NCBI GenBank assembly: GCA_943353165.1
Contig: CALRAM010000002.1
Location: 1,716-65,715, forward strand
DNA from: an uncultured Candidatus Saccharimonas sp.
Lineage (GTDB): Bacteria; Patescibacteriota; Saccharimonadia; Saccharimonadales; OMJO01
DNA: 64,000 bases
Direction: 5' to 3'
Under the pieces are notes generated by a model. The model was not told the DNA's origin. It did no database searches and saw nothing but the letters and a program-made list of their open reading frames with translations. This document shows, in pieces, positions 63,121 to 64,000 of the stretch. Both the position numbers and the translations under genes were made by a program. Numbering within the stretch: the stretch's first letter is position 1; each line of letters opens with the position of its first letter.

Positions 63121-63970
63121 ACCCAACGAAATAGAAAAAGAAGAGAAGGCCATGGCGACACTCGTGGAGTTAACGAGTGTTTTTGAGGGTATAGCCAGTA
63201 TGCGTATATCTCAGATACGAAACCAAGTTTTGATAGCTACGAAATTTTTTCATGAACTATGGCATATCTATTCGCAAATTCGGGTTGACGAAAAGTTTCA
63301 TTTTGGTCGCAGCCAGCCTCAGCTAGATATCATAGACAAAGAGCTTTTTATTATCATAACGGCCGAGGGTGGTTTCAGTGGAGATATCGACCAGAGATTA
63401 GTTGAAGTTATGTTGAAGTCCTACGATAACTCAAAAAACGATGTAGTGGTTGTGGGACACCACGGGGCTGTCCAGTTAGCCCAAAGAGGAGTAACTTTCA
63501 AGAAATATTTTAAACTACCTACAAACGATCAAAGTATAAACGTAACTCCTATGACAGAGGAAGTAAGAAAATACAAATCTACTCAAGTATTTTACCAGGA
63601 ATATGTATCACTGTTGGTACAGGAAACTAGACAAATACCATTATCAGCAGCCGTCAAAGAACGTGGGGCAAAATCATCTGCAGCCGATGAGCTAATTAGC
63701 GAATCGAACTACATATTCGAGCCTAGTGCTCATGCAGTAGTAGATCACCTTGAAAATTCAATGATGCAGATAACTTTGGCGCAAGTTATTTTGGAATCCA
63801 AACTGGCTCAGTATGCTAGTCGTTTTAGAGCTATGTCGGCGGCTCACGAAAAATCAGAGGAAACACGAACTGATTTGCATTTGGCGTACAACAGGGCTAG
63901 GCGAGGCGTCAAAGACGAGCGATTAAAAGAAATCGTAAATGGTATGCGCAAATCTGGGGTATCCGTATGA
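63113..63970 (+). CDS. atpG: F-type ATP synthase subunit gamma
   Basis: 285 aa. N-terminal helix ([22 protein letters not shown]) and C-terminal helix ([21 protein letters not shown]) are typical of gamma. Confidence 0.8.
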   Translation: MHKPNEIEKEEKAMATLVELTSVFEGIASMRISQIRNQVLIATKFFHELWHIYSQIRVDEKFHFGRSQPQLDIIDKELFIIITAEGGFSGDIDQRLVEVMLKSYDNSKNDVVVVGHHGAVQLAQRGVTFKKYFKLPTNDQSINVTPMTEEVRKYKSTQVFYQEYVSLLVQETRQIPLSAAVKERGAKSSAADELISESNYIFEPSAHAVVDHLENSMMQITLAQVILESKLAQYASRFRAMSAAHEKSEETRTDLHLAYNRARRGVKDERLKEIVNGMRKSGVSV

Positions 63971-64000
63971 ACGGTGTAGTAACGTACATTAGTGATTTGA
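63967..64000 (+). CDS. atpD: F-type ATP synthase subunit beta (5' end only, runs off the window)
   Basis: The ATG at 63967 overlaps the atpG stop (ATGA) and reads [11 protein letters not shown]. The call rests on operon position only. Confidence 0.5.
   Translation, partial: MNGVVTYISDL

Noticed and set aside
1-64000. Alternative genetic code (UGA recoding as in some CPR lineages)
   Set aside because: Long, motif-complete ORFs are obtained with the standard code. TGA, TAA and TAG are all used as genuine stops at expected gene ends, for example TGA for pcrA and atpG.

Overview
This 64 kb window looks like a chromosomal segment from a small-genome, Gram-positive-type CPR/Patescibacteria bacterium, most consistent with Candidatus Saccharibacteria (TM7). 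That assignment is an inference from gene content: RNase Y, PcrA, YmdB, an LPXTG sortase substrate, a lamin-tail-domain surface protein and a truncated TsaB. The standard genetic code fits, because long ORFs end in all three stop codons. The window is gene dense, with about 65 supported CDS. Most are housekeeping: recA-recX, tsaE-tsaB, rny-ymdB, murA, glyA, murB, folA, folD, murI, pyk-pgk-tpiA, pcrA, rsmA, metG, tatD, a cysteine desulfurase and atpF-H-A-G-D. I identified by hand 7 intact tRNA genes, all with an encoded CCA: Pro-TGG, Gly-TCC, Arg-TCT, His-GTG, Arg-TCG, Lys-CTT and Glu-TTC. I also found a tmRNA gene (51522-51929, minus strand) that the ORF track cannot show, plus two decayed tRNA pseudogenes. 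The most interesting signals are these. (1) A compact convergent six-gene cluster at 32.5-38.5 kb contains a SerRS-type gene, an AlaRS catalytic-core-like gene, two S51 peptidase paralogs, an archaeal-type SAM synthetase and a radical-SAM enzyme. I propose it as a candidate undescribed aminoacyl-nucleoside or tRNA-linked small-molecule system. (2) An accessory mosaic at 17.8-24.8 kb lies downstream of tRNA-Lys and is built from single-gene units separated by tRNA-Lys 3'-end fragments and other repeats. It includes two diverged CYTH genes that each sit behind a 97 percent identical 115-nt leader with a terminator-like hairpin (candidate attenuator or riboswitch). It also includes two secreted beta-propeller-type proteins that share a near-identical signal-anchor module. 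(3) The three tRNA genes that border non-core DNA (Arg-TCG, Lys-CTT, Glu-TTC) all carry partial 3'-end duplications downstream. (4) There is an XRE-HTH::MurA fusion, and the tmRNA has a non-canonical T-loop. All coordinates and motifs were read by eye. No database search, folding or statistics could be run.
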